Assembly (NCBI GenBank): GCA_048885535.1
Contig: JBHLLO010000043.1
Coordinates: 1 to 23,925, forward strand
Origin: Candidatus Hermodarchaeota archaeon
GTDB taxonomy: Archaea; Asgardarchaeota; Lokiarchaeia; Sigyniarchaeales; SOKP01
Direction of reading: 5' to 3'
Length of the DNA: 23,925 bases
Below, piece after piece: positions 1 through 8,417 of this stretch. The position numbers and the translations under genes are program-made. The notes below the pieces were generated by a model. That model was given only the letters and a program-made list of their open reading frames with translations. It was not told where the DNA came from and did no database searches. Position 1 is the first letter of the stretch; every line of letters starts with the position of its first letter.

Positions 1-1616
1 AAAAGGGAGACATTTCCACAGAAACTATGATAGAATTATATGACTCCAATGGTATAAGTCCAGATATGGTAAAAGCAACCGCTAAAAAATATGGTGTTAA
101 GATAACCATTCCAGACGATTTTTATAGCTTGGTTGTTGAAAGGCATGAAATAGCCGAACAAGTCTATGCTACAGGAAAAGAAGTTGAGTTAGATTTAGAA
201 GGAATCCCTGAAACAAAATCACTTTATTATTATGACTATACAAAGACTTTTAATGAAGCAAAAGTATTGAAAATTTTTGATAATATGATTGTTGTAGATA
301 AATCTGTTGTATATCCTACTTCTGGTGGTCAATTGCATGATATAGGAAAGATAAACGATCAAAGATTTTCTGATGCTTTCAAACAAGGGAACTATGTAGT
401 TCATGTTTTAGACGAGAAACCTAATTTTAAAGAGGGAGATATCGTTAAAGTAGAAGTGGATAAAGAATGGCGTACCCAACTATCCCAACACCACACTGCT
501 ACTCACATTGTTAATGCAGCTGCACGAGAAGTTTTAGGAAGTCATATTAATCAAGCAGGAGCTAAAAAAACGTTAAAAAATTCTCATTTAGATTTAACTC
601 ATTATGAACAAATTCCAAGAGAAAAGCTTCTAGAAATTGAAAAAAAAGCTAATAAAATAGTTGAAAAAAGTATCGATATTCACCTAGACTTTATACCTCG
701 CAGTGAAGCAGAACAGAAATATGGCATGACAATATATCAAGGAGGAGCTGTACCAGGTAAAAATTTAAGAATTGTCGAGGTGCCTGGTGTAGACGTTGAA
801 GCATGTGGAGGAACACACTTGAATAACACTTCTGAGACGGGAAAAATAAAAATTATAAAATCTCAAAAAATTCAAGATGGAATAGTAAGGCTTACTTTTA
901 CAGCTGGTAATGCAACAGAAGAAATGCAGAAAATGGAACTTAAAGCTATTCAAGAATTGCAAACTTTTTTAAATATTCCTAAAGAAAAAATCGTAGGTAG
1001 AGTAAATGAATTAATCAATAAATGGAAGAAATTAAATAAAGCTATTCAGTCTGGTAAGTATCATAAAGATGATATGAAATTAGCTTCAAGGGAAATATTT
1101 AAAGGTGATATCCTTACAGAATTATCACAGCTTCTCAATGTTAAGAAAGAAAAAGTCCCTTTAAAGATTAAAAAATTTTATAATGAATGGGACGAAGCAC
1201 GGAATAAATTAACAAAAATTAAAGATTATTTAAGCGAAGATTATAGAAACAAACTTCTTGAGAAGGCTCAACCGTTTGGAAGATCAGAGATTATTATTGA
1301 AACATTTAGTGATTTTAGTCAAAAAGATATCCAAAATATTAGTTCTAATATACTAAAGTTTAATGATAATGTAATAACGCTATTTTTTAATGAAACTGAC
1401 AAAGGAACGTCTGTAACGGGAATGGTTGGTTCAAAGGCTGCAGAGAATTCAAATTTTAACATGGGTGAATTTATAAAAGAGGAAGTTAGTATTTTTAAAG
1501 GTAAAGGAGGGGGAAAATATGATTATGGTCAAGGATTTATTGATAAGAAATATGGAGCTACAGATAAGTTAGTACAACATCTCTCAAAAAAAATTATGGA
1601 AAAGAAAAGACCTTAG
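1..1616 (+). CDS. alaS: Alanine--tRNA ligase, archaeal type (5'-truncated by window; editing and C-Ala domains)
   Basis: Frame is open from position 3 (KGDISTETMIELYDSNG). Contains SGGQLHD, editing-site HHTATH and CGGTH, KIQDGIVRL, and the C-Ala DHHA1 GKGGG motif. Confidence 0.96.
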   Translation, partial: KGDISTETMIELYDSNGISPDMVKATAKKYGVKITIPDDFYSLVVERHEIAEQVYATGKEVELDLEGIPETKSLYYYDYTKTFNEAKVLKIFDNMIVVDKSVVYPTSGGQLHDIGKINDQRFSDAFKQGNYVVHVLDEKPNFKEGDIVKVEVDKEWRTQLSQHHTATHIVNAAAREVLGSHINQAGAKKTLKNSHLDLTHYEQIPREKLLEIEKKANKIVEKSIDIHLDFIPRSEAEQKYGMTIYQGGAVPGKNLRIVEVPGVDVEACGGTHLNNTSETGKIKIIKSQKIQDGIVRLTFTAGNATEEMQKMELKAIQELQTFLNIPKEKIVGRVNELINKWKKLNKAIQSGKYHKDDMKLASREIFKGDILTELSQLLNVKKEKVPLKIKKFYNEWDEARNKLTKIKDYLSEDYRNKLLEKAQPFGRSEIIIETFSDFSQKDIQNISSNILKFNDNVITLFFNETDKGTSVTGMVGSKAAENSNFNMGEFIKEEVSIFKGKGGGKYDYGQGFIDKKYGATDKLVQHLSKKIMEKKRP

Positions 1617-1758
1617 AATAAAGCTTAGACTAAACATCTATATAGATTCTATAGCATCTATATTTTATATAATAATTACTTAAATTTTTTCTGCATTTTA
1701 CTCATTTAGAGTGGAAATGATTTTTTGATTTAAGATAATATAGAAAAAAGGTGATCTG

Positions 1759-1908
1759 ATGAAACCTATCTTTCAGGAATTTTTTTGTACTGTATGTGGA
1801 CAGTCACGTACTTTAAAAGTAAAAGATATGTGCCTAGATTGTAGAGATAATCAAATCCTGAATGAACTTCAACATGAAGATGGAATTCTATTTAATAAAG
1901 TTCCATAA
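1759..1908 (+). CDS. Small zinc-finger microprotein (49 aa, CxxC-x11-CxxC), not in ORF track
   Basis: Hand translation: MKPIFQEFFCTVCGQSRTLKVKDMCLDCRDNQILNELQHEDGILFNKVP*. SD-like AGGTGA at 1749-1754 just upstream of the ATG. Confidence 0.72.
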   Translation: MKPIFQEFFCTVCGQSRTLKVKDMCLDCRDNQILNELQHEDGILFNKVP

Positions 1909-2055
1909 ATTTGAATATATTAACTACAATTCCTGGATGGACGATTTTTTGTTTCTGATTTTGAAAATTATTTAAAAATAGTTTAAATGAAGACCTTAAT
2001 ATTAATTAAGTATTAACTATTATTAATTTAAAATTTTTTAATAGATTGATTAGCC

Positions 2056-2862
2056 ATGGTTGAAATAATTCAGATTTCGGATTTACATTATGGAAGTGAA
2101 TTTGAACCAGATTATATGGAAAATGTAATTAATTACATAGAAAATGTATCACCAGATATAGTTGTATGCACGGGAGATATTGTACATAAGGGAAGGACCG
2201 TTCAGTTTAAGGCTGTTCTCCCATATCTGAATAGAATTAAAGATATTACAAGATTCATGGCAATACCTGGTAACCATGATGCAAAGAATTCTGGATTAAT
2301 TTATTTTGAAAGAATAATTGCTCCCAGACGTTCTAGAGTAATCATTGACGAAAAGGATACCCTTTTGGTCGGAATCTGTAGCGCTAGAGACGATATAGCC
2401 TATGGAGAATGTGGTGATGAGCAATTAGATTGGTTAGGACGCCAATTTGATAAAAACTTAGAAAATAGGGTAATTGCAGTTCATCACCATTTGATCCCTG
2501 TACCTCTTTCAGGCCAAAAGTTCACAACTGTAAAAGATGCAGGAGAAATCTTAGAATTTACTCAATTATTTGAAGTTGATTTAGTTTTAATGGGGCATCG
2601 TCATGTACCTCATGCCTACGTTATAGGTCCAACAACTTTTCTATATTGTGGAACTTCAACATCGAATAAAGTACGAGCTGATGATAATCCAAGTTTTAAC
2701 CATATTTTCCTTAATGAAAGTGATTTAGAAGTATTCATTGTTGATTCCAGCAATTTAAAGAGATCTCTTCTTCTAGAACGTAAAGAAGGTCATACGAAAT
2801 TTGTAAGACCTAGAAGAACTCGGATTGAACATCTATTAACATCCGCTGTATGGGATGAATAG
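2056..2862 (+). CDS. Calcineurin-like metallophosphoesterase (Icc/CpdA-like phosphodiesterase)
   Basis: All five motifs present: SDLH, TGD, GNHD, HHH, GHRH. Confidence 0.9.
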   Translation: MVEIIQISDLHYGSEFEPDYMENVINYIENVSPDIVVCTGDIVHKGRTVQFKAVLPYLNRIKDITRFMAIPGNHDAKNSGLIYFERIIAPRRSRVIIDEKDTLLVGICSARDDIAYGECGDEQLDWLGRQFDKNLENRVIAVHHHLIPVPLSGQKFTTVKDAGEILEFTQLFEVDLVLMGHRHVPHAYVIGPTTFLYCGTSTSNKVRADDNPSFNHIFLNESDLEVFIVDSSNLKRSLLLERKEGHTKFVRPRRTRIEHLLTSAVWDE

Positions 2863-2912
2863 GCTAATGAATATAGATGAATGGCTATTAACAACAGGAG
2901 AAAAAGTTTTTA

Positions 2913-3335
2913 ATGCCAAAACGTGAAACACCATTATTAGCTGTTGATGCTATAATAACTTATAATAATAATTTAGTATTAATTCGAAGAAAAAACCCTC
3001 CTTTCAAAGGAGATTTAGCATTACCAGGGGGATTTGTAGATATTGGTGAAACTGTTGAAAACGCATGTATTCGAGAAGTTTACGAGGAGACTAACATAAA
3101 AGTAAGAGTCATAAAATTAGTAGGAGTCTTCTCAGATCCTAAAAGGGATCCAAGAGGCCATGTAGTGTCAGTAGCATTTTTGTGCGAACCGCTTTCTATG
3201 AATGAAGTCGCCATAGCTAAAGACGATGCTACATCTATTGAGTTAATAAAGTTAGATGAGTTGCATTCAAAAAAGCTAGCATTTGATCATTTAGAGATAA
3301 TTAAATCTTCTGGTATTTTGGCAAATCAATCATAA
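2913..3335 (+). CDS. NUDIX hydrolase (ADP-ribose pyrophosphatase-like)
   Basis: Nudix box GGFVDIGETVENACIREVYEET, plus RDPRGH and LAFDH typical of archaeal ADPRase-like enzymes. AGGAG upstream. Confidence 0.92.
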   Translation: MPKRETPLLAVDAIITYNNNLVLIRRKNPPFKGDLALPGGFVDIGETVENACIREVYEETNIKVRVIKLVGVFSDPKRDPRGHVVSVAFLCEPLSMNEVAIAKDDATSIELIKLDELHSKKLAFDHLEIIKSSGILANQS

Positions 3336-4108
3336 TTTTTTTCAAAGATGTTTGTATAACAATTACAACAAGGCATTCCTATTGAAAGATTTTTAATATT
3401 ACTGACATTAATCTCCTCTAAATTATCAAGTAAGTAAATTAATTGTTCTCTTAATTTTACTACTTTCGGATCCTTACTTATATAGAAATTTTTTAAACTT
3501 TCAGAGTGATTTTCCTTTTTACAAATTGGACATCTTGAAAAATATTTAATAAAATTCTTATATTCCTCAGTATCAAGCTGTTTAGGAGTAAATAAAGTAA
3601 AGTTTTCTATTGGATAATCAGGTTCAATTTTTTCAACTATATATTTAAAAATGTCCGCTTTCTTATCATCATCTTCATATATTGATGTAAAATATATTCC
3701 CTCTAAATGATATTTTTGGATTAGTTCTTCAATTTCTTCCCTTGATACTTTTTGTTCTAAATCATGTTTACTTCCAATTAAAATTATAGGAATATCACCT
3801 GCACTACTTCTGAAAATTTTTATCCATCTCTTCAAATCAAGAAAAGAATTTTTATCCGATATATCAAAACATAGTAGACCAGCACAAGCCCCTCGACAAA
3901 ACAAAGGAAATAAAAATCTGAAACGTTCTCTATCTTTTAAGTCCCATATTACAAATTTATATGAATCTGATTCATTTGCATAGCATTCTATAGGTTTAAA
4001 GGAGACTCCGATTGGACTGTCGTTTTCCGTATTGTCATTTATGAATGAAGTCTTTCCTGAGCCTTTAGCTCCTCCTAGTATAAGTTTTAGTTTATAGGAT
4101 TTTGGCAG
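3326..4108 (-). CDS. Rab/Ras-like small GTPase (degenerate G3/G4) with C-terminal Cys4 putative zinc-binding extension; probable CTG start
   Basis: Frame stays open 68 codons upstream of the track's 3904 start and encodes the P-loop LILGGAKGSGKTS and WDLKDRERF. GGAGG lies 9 nt before CTG at 4108. Then LCFDIS, GSKHD, and CPIC...CCNC. Confidence 0.85.
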   Translation of the reverse strand: MPKSYKLKLILGGAKGSGKTSFINDNTENDSPIGVSFKPIECYANESDSYKFVIWDLKDRERFRFLFPLFCRGACAGLLCFDISDKNSFLDLKRWIKIFRSSAGDIPIILIGSKHDLEQKVSREEIEELIQKYHLEGIYFTSIYEDDDKKADIFKYIVEKIEPDYPIENFTLFTPKQLDTEEYKNFIKYFSRCPICKKENHSESLKNFYISKDPKVVKLREQLIYLLDNLEEINVSNIKNLSIGMPCCNCYTNIFEKNYD

Positions 4109-4187
4109 TTAAGACATCCTCCATTCAATAGACAATTAAATAATAACCCTAGTTTATTTTTTAAATAAATACTTAACCTAAAAAGCT

Positions 4188-4574
4188 TTACGGTGATTTT
4201 ATTTCAAATAAATTTCCAAAAGAATCCTTTATAAAAAGATAAAAATTAGTACTATTCTCACGTTGCACCTTTATTACCGAATATCCCATCGATTTTGCTC
4301 TAGATATAAGTTTGTTCCTATGTTCAATAATAAGACAAGAATGAGTAAAAATATCTTTTGCAGTAGTATTATCATTTAAAATAAATACTTCGATATTGAT
4401 TTCTTCATTGGAATATCTAATAATTTCTTGTTCTTTTCTTATTCCAAAAAACTTTTCCATTAAGTTTTCATTTACAGCAAATTTTCTAATTTTTTTGAGT
4501 TCTAATAAATCAATAAAAAATCTATCGCTCTCATACTCGGAGTTTGAGGCGACTGCGATATGTTCAATTTTCAA
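4188..4574 (-). CDS. VOC (glyoxalase/bleomycin resistance) family protein
   Basis: IEHIAV...FFIDLL at the N-terminus, central H, C-terminal FIKDSFGNLFEI. GAGGAG upstream of the TTG. Confidence 0.85.
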   Translation of the reverse strand: MKIEHIAVASNSEYESDRFFIDLLELKKIRKFAVNENLMEKFFGIRKEQEIIRYSNEEINIEVFILNDNTTAKDIFTHSCLIIEHRNKLISRAKSMGYSVIKVQRENSTNFYLFIKDSFGNLFEIKSP

Positions 4575-4723
4575 CAGAGAGTTCTCCTCTTTCTTCTTTC
4601 ATTATATAAATAAAGTTTATTCTCTATTTGATAAAAATTATGTTGATGAAAAATATTTTAAACTTATAAATATTTAAAAAGATTTAGAATCAATTAACTA
4701 AAAGTTTAATGGGTTATATTTAA

Positions 4724-5593
4724 ATGACTATACTTGATGAGCATGGATTCCTAAATAAACTTTATGAAGTTGTTTCAAAACTCTCAGGAATTGCAAAAAC
4801 CCAATCCTACAGATTTAAAAAAGAATGGGACGATTATTTAAAAGAATTCAATCAAAATCCTCATTTAGTCCGGCAAATTCAGGTTGAAAAAGAAAAATTT
4901 TTAGCTGATATCGATTATAGAATTAATGTATTAAATGATGTAAGGCTTGCTTTTGAAGATGGTTTTCATAGCATCAAAACTTTACTGGTTACCTTGTATG
5001 AATCATATTTCAATGATTCCAAAAAGTTTAAACAAGATTTCTCAACTCAAGATCAATTAATTCTAAAATATTTTGTAGCCAAAAAGATACTTGGTGACTT
5101 AATACAATATAATGAACTTGATCATGAATCTATTCCATTGAAATATAATTTAATTGCAAGGAATTATGTAAGGATGAAGTTAAAGGAATTAAGAGAAACT
5201 GAATTAAGAGAAAATCTGAAGAGAATAAAAATTGAGATGTCGTTGTTAGAATTAAGAAAAATATTAAAGGAAAATATCAAGGATGGAATTATTAAAAAAA
5301 TAAAAAAAGGAAGATATATCTATTACACTACTCAAGCAGAATTAGAGTTAAGTGAAGCAGGAAATAAAAAATATAACCAAACAATTCGCCCATTAGTTGA
5401 ATGGCCAACTCTTTTTTGGAGAAGTTTCTATAATATAAGAGAAATAAATGTTACTGTAGAAGGAAACCCTGCACGCCTAGATTATTTAAACAAGACTTTG
5501 GAAAAAGCAGCAACTCAGGGATATGCCGCTTCTCATTTTGTAATACAAAACTTAATAAAATATTATGAGGAAATTAAGAGAGAACAAAATTAA
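4724..5593 (+). CDS. Hypothetical protein, helical, with possible winged-helix segment
   Basis: 289-aa ORF with normal composition. The segment LLELRKILKENIKDGIIKKIKKGRYIYY...LSEAG resembles a wHTH recognition helix and wing. Confidence 0.65.
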   Translation: MTILDEHGFLNKLYEVVSKLSGIAKTQSYRFKKEWDDYLKEFNQNPHLVRQIQVEKEKFLADIDYRINVLNDVRLAFEDGFHSIKTLLVTLYESYFNDSKKFKQDFSTQDQLILKYFVAKKILGDLIQYNELDHESIPLKYNLIARNYVRMKLKELRETELRENLKRIKIEMSLLELRKILKENIKDGIIKKIKKGRYIYYTTQAELELSEAGNKKYNQTIRPLVEWPTLFWRSFYNIREINVTVEGNPARLDYLNKTLEKAATQGYAASHFVIQNLIKYYEEIKREQN

Positions 5594-5603
5594 ATCATAA
5601 AAT

Positions 5604-6515
5604 TTAAAAGTCTTTTGTTTTTCTTATTGGAATTTCAAATTGTTCTAAAATTGGAAAGAGATATTTTTTATCCTCAGAATTTACTCCTTTCCAATCTATT
5701 ATAAAAAAATCAACTTTTTCATAGGTATTTAAAATCATTTGTTCAATGAATTTATGATTAAGATTTTGGATAAAATATTTTGGGCATATAAAGGAGATGG
5801 CTATATTTGAACTCCTTATAATTCTATTAAAGTTTGGAGCATAATGGGATCCTCCAAATCCGATTCCAACTTTATTATTTTGTGTTTCTCTGAATTCTAT
5901 GTATTTAAAGGTTGTATTTATTATAGCGTTTGCAACCACTTTTGCTGCAACTGTATCTATCCATTCTTTTTTACTACTACCAAGTTCCATATAAATCAAA
6001 GGTTTTTCTAAGTTTGTAGGTCCATGATGTGTTACTTCGATATCTATAACATAATTTTCTAATAATTCAATCTCAACTTCTTTTAACAAAGAAAGGAATC
6101 CAGCTTTATGTAGTATAGCACTTGATTTGGATAATTCTTCCGGTTGACCACCAAAATCAGCGTTTTTAGTCCAATTCCCTGTTGTATGTGTTAATAAAGC
6201 AGGTCTCGCAGTTTTAGAAGCATGGCGGCTAGCAACTATAATAAAATCTGGATCCCGTATTGTGTCTTCTAATTCTAAGTTATTCATAAATATCATTCGT
6301 TCATCAGTCAATCCTAAATATATATTATTATTCTTGAGAAGTAGATTCTTTCCCTTATCATTTGGAAACTTTTTTAATTTGAGAGTTATATTTCCTTTCC
6401 ATTTTTTACCAATCTCTTCAAATAAATAGGATTCAGATCTTAATAATTTATCACGTATATTCATTGAAGCAACATCTTCAGAGGAAGTTATAATCAAGAA
6501 ATTCATATATCTCAA
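5604..6515 (-). CDS. dtdA: D-aminoacyl-tRNA deacylase, archaeal/plant type (DTD2); start possibly ATG at 6506
   Basis: Motifs D.AS.NI, SRHAS, HTTGN, EVTHHGPT, ELGS and GFGGSHYAP, IDWKG. Confidence 0.93.
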   Translation of the reverse strand: MRYMNFLIITSSEDVASMNIRDKLLRSESYLFEEIGKKWKGNITLKLKKFPNDKGKNLLLKNNNIYLGLTDERMIFMNNLELEDTIRDPDFIIVASRHASKTARPALLTHTTGNWTKNADFGGQPEELSKSSAILHKAGFLSLLKEVEIELLENYVIDIEVTHHGPTNLEKPLIYMELGSSKKEWIDTVAAKVVANAIINTTFKYIEFRETQNNKVGIGFGGSHYAPNFNRIIRSSNIAISFICPKYFIQNLNHKFIEQMILNTYEKVDFFIIDWKGVNSEDKKYLFPILEQFEIPIRKTKDF

Positions 6516-6604
6516 ATTATAAGGTGTTATTTAATAAAGTAGTATATTAAATTCAATTTAGGTTTATAAAAATTTTAATAGTTATACATTTATCATACTA
6601 TATA

Positions 6605-7567
6605 ATGTCAATTGCTTTAATAACGGTTTTAATTTTATCAATTGTATTTGGAGTCCTATTCTTTATAGCAGATTTTTATCAACATAGGCATCCTAAATGG
6701 CATGTTTCATTAATAGCAGGGATATCAGTAGCATACTTTTTTCTAATAGTCCTACCTGAAATCTCAGAACAATTACCCGAATATCCTTGGCATTTAAAGA
6801 TATTAGAGTACCTTTTTGTATTATTGGGCTTTTCATTTGTCCATATAAGTGAAAAATTGATTTTACAAAAAGTTGAAGGTAGATCTCAAAAGAGAATGAG
6901 AAAACTACTCGAGAAAGAAAGAACTTTGGGATTAGTAGAAAAGAATATAGAAAGGATATTAACAAACGAATTGAAGAAGGACGATTTAGATGAATTTGCT
7001 CTCAGGGATATCGCTGATACACTCTCAAGGCTGAATCAGCAAGAAGATGAGATGAATGGAGAAATTAATCGATATAAAATTAAAATCCAAAATCGTATCA
7101 ATGATGATCTATCACGATTCCGTTTTATAACTGATTATATTTATCATTTTCTAATAGGAATCATTTTAATTGGGTTACTATTAATAAATATTGTAGATGG
7201 AATATTATTTTTTATTTTTGCATGGTTTAGAACAATAATAACTAACAGATCAGAAGCTCACATTATTTTTACTGATTTGGACATCTATGAAAAACCGGAA
7301 GTAAATATCAAGTCAATAAAGAAGTATTTATTAGCAAGTTCAGCTATAACTGGCATGATAATTGGAGTTATTCTTAAAATATTCATTCCTTTTAATACTG
7401 AATTATTATTTATTGCCTTTTCTTTCATATCTGGAATAATTTTATATATTATTGTGAGAGAAGTCATTCCTGAGAAAGAGAAAGGGGACCCTTTAAAATT
7501 TTTAGGAGGATTAGTTGGTTTTACCATTATTATTATCATTATAAACTCTTTTATTCAAATCCTTTAA
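6605..7567 (+). CDS. Multi-pass membrane protein, ZIP/ZupT-like fold, with large soluble coiled-coil insertion
   Basis: About 8 hydrophobic segments. SLIAGISVAYFFLIVLPE and FISGIILYIIVREVIPE resemble ZIP TM2 and TM7 LPE/IPE motifs. Canonical TM4 HNxxEG is absent. Confidence 0.65.
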   Translation: MSIALITVLILSIVFGVLFFIADFYQHRHPKWHVSLIAGISVAYFFLIVLPEISEQLPEYPWHLKILEYLFVLLGFSFVHISEKLILQKVEGRSQKRMRKLLEKERTLGLVEKNIERILTNELKKDDLDEFALRDIADTLSRLNQQEDEMNGEINRYKIKIQNRINDDLSRFRFITDYIYHFLIGIILIGLLLINIVDGILFFIFAWFRTIITNRSEAHIIFTDLDIYEKPEVNIKSIKKYLLASSAITGMIIGVILKIFIPFNTELLFIAFSFISGIILYIIVREVIPEKEKGDPLKFLGGLVGFTIIIIIINSFIQIL

Positions 7568-7804
7568 GTTATTTGACACCAACCTATAATATTTAAAATC
7601 ATAACACATCCTATTATAAGAAGTTCTGAAAATTAATTTATAAACTAAAAGTGCTTAATGATAAGTATTCATAATTTTTAATATTAAGAACAATTTAATT
7701 TTATATTCATAGAAACAAAATTTAAATTATAAATTCTTCTCTAGCTACAAGGAATAAATAGAGTTTTATTTAATATAAATCCATAAAAATAAGAGTATAA
7801 AGAT

Positions 7805-8377
7805 ATGATTAAAAAAACCTTTAAAGAATTATTAGAAATTGATGATGATGATTATAAAATTATTGAAATGATTGAAAAGAATCCCGATATCACCCATAGT
7901 CAAATTGCCGTGGAGGTCGAAAAGAGTCAACCTGCGATTGGCGCCCGAATCATAAAATTAGAAAGAAAACACTTATTAACTAAACAAGTAGGATTTAATG
8001 TTAAGAAGGTTGATATTAAAGTAGCAATAGTGTTTATTTCTACAAAAGATGTAGAAATTATTGTTGAAAAAATAAAGAATTGCCCTTTTATTAACCACGC
8101 ATTTAAAATTTCAGGTGAATTTAATCTACTGTGTTTCATTTCGGCTTCAGATCTACAAACAATTGAAAGATTAGTAGATATTTGCTTTAGAAAAGATCCA
8201 AATGTAATTAATGTTAAAACTAATATTTTGATAGAGTCTGTGCACGATTTTGTAGTTCCAATTGACTTTCAAATTGAAAAATTTGATTTTCATTCAAATA
8301 ATTGTGGTCCAAACTGTAATCTTAGTGTGAATCTTCCAAAATATAAGTTTGATCAAATAGAAGAAGGAGAAGAATAA
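7805..8377 (+). CDS. Lrp/AsnC family transcriptional regulator
   Basis: N-terminal HTH (DDDDYKIIEMI...HSQIA...RIIKLE), RAM domain with ISGEFN, Cys tail CGPNC. Confidence 0.9.
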   Translation: MIKKTFKELLEIDDDDYKIIEMIEKNPDITHSQIAVEVEKSQPAIGARIIKLERKHLLTKQVGFNVKKVDIKVAIVFISTKDVEIIVEKIKNCPFINHAFKISGEFNLLCFISASDLQTIERLVDICFRKDPNVINVKTNILIESVHDFVVPIDFQIEKFDFHSNNCGPNCNLSVNLPKYKFDQIEEGEE

Positions 8378-8417
8378 GTTTTATGCATCTTCTTATTAAA
8401 AAATTAAGAATAAATTG

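Noticed and set aside
219-962. Minus-strand ORFs 219..404 and 765..962
   Set aside because: Antisense shadows of alaS with no motifs.
4396-4677. 93-aa plus-strand ORF
   Set aside because: Antisense to the well-supported VOC gene, with the F/S/I-rich composition typical of shadow frames.
5186-5213. Direct repeat GAATTAAGAGAAA x2
   Set aside because: Only two copies, in-frame coding (ELRET/ELREN), not CRISPR-like.
1-6515. alaS and dtdA as a tRNA quality-control cluster
   Set aside because: They are 4 kb apart, on opposite strands and separated by unrelated genes.
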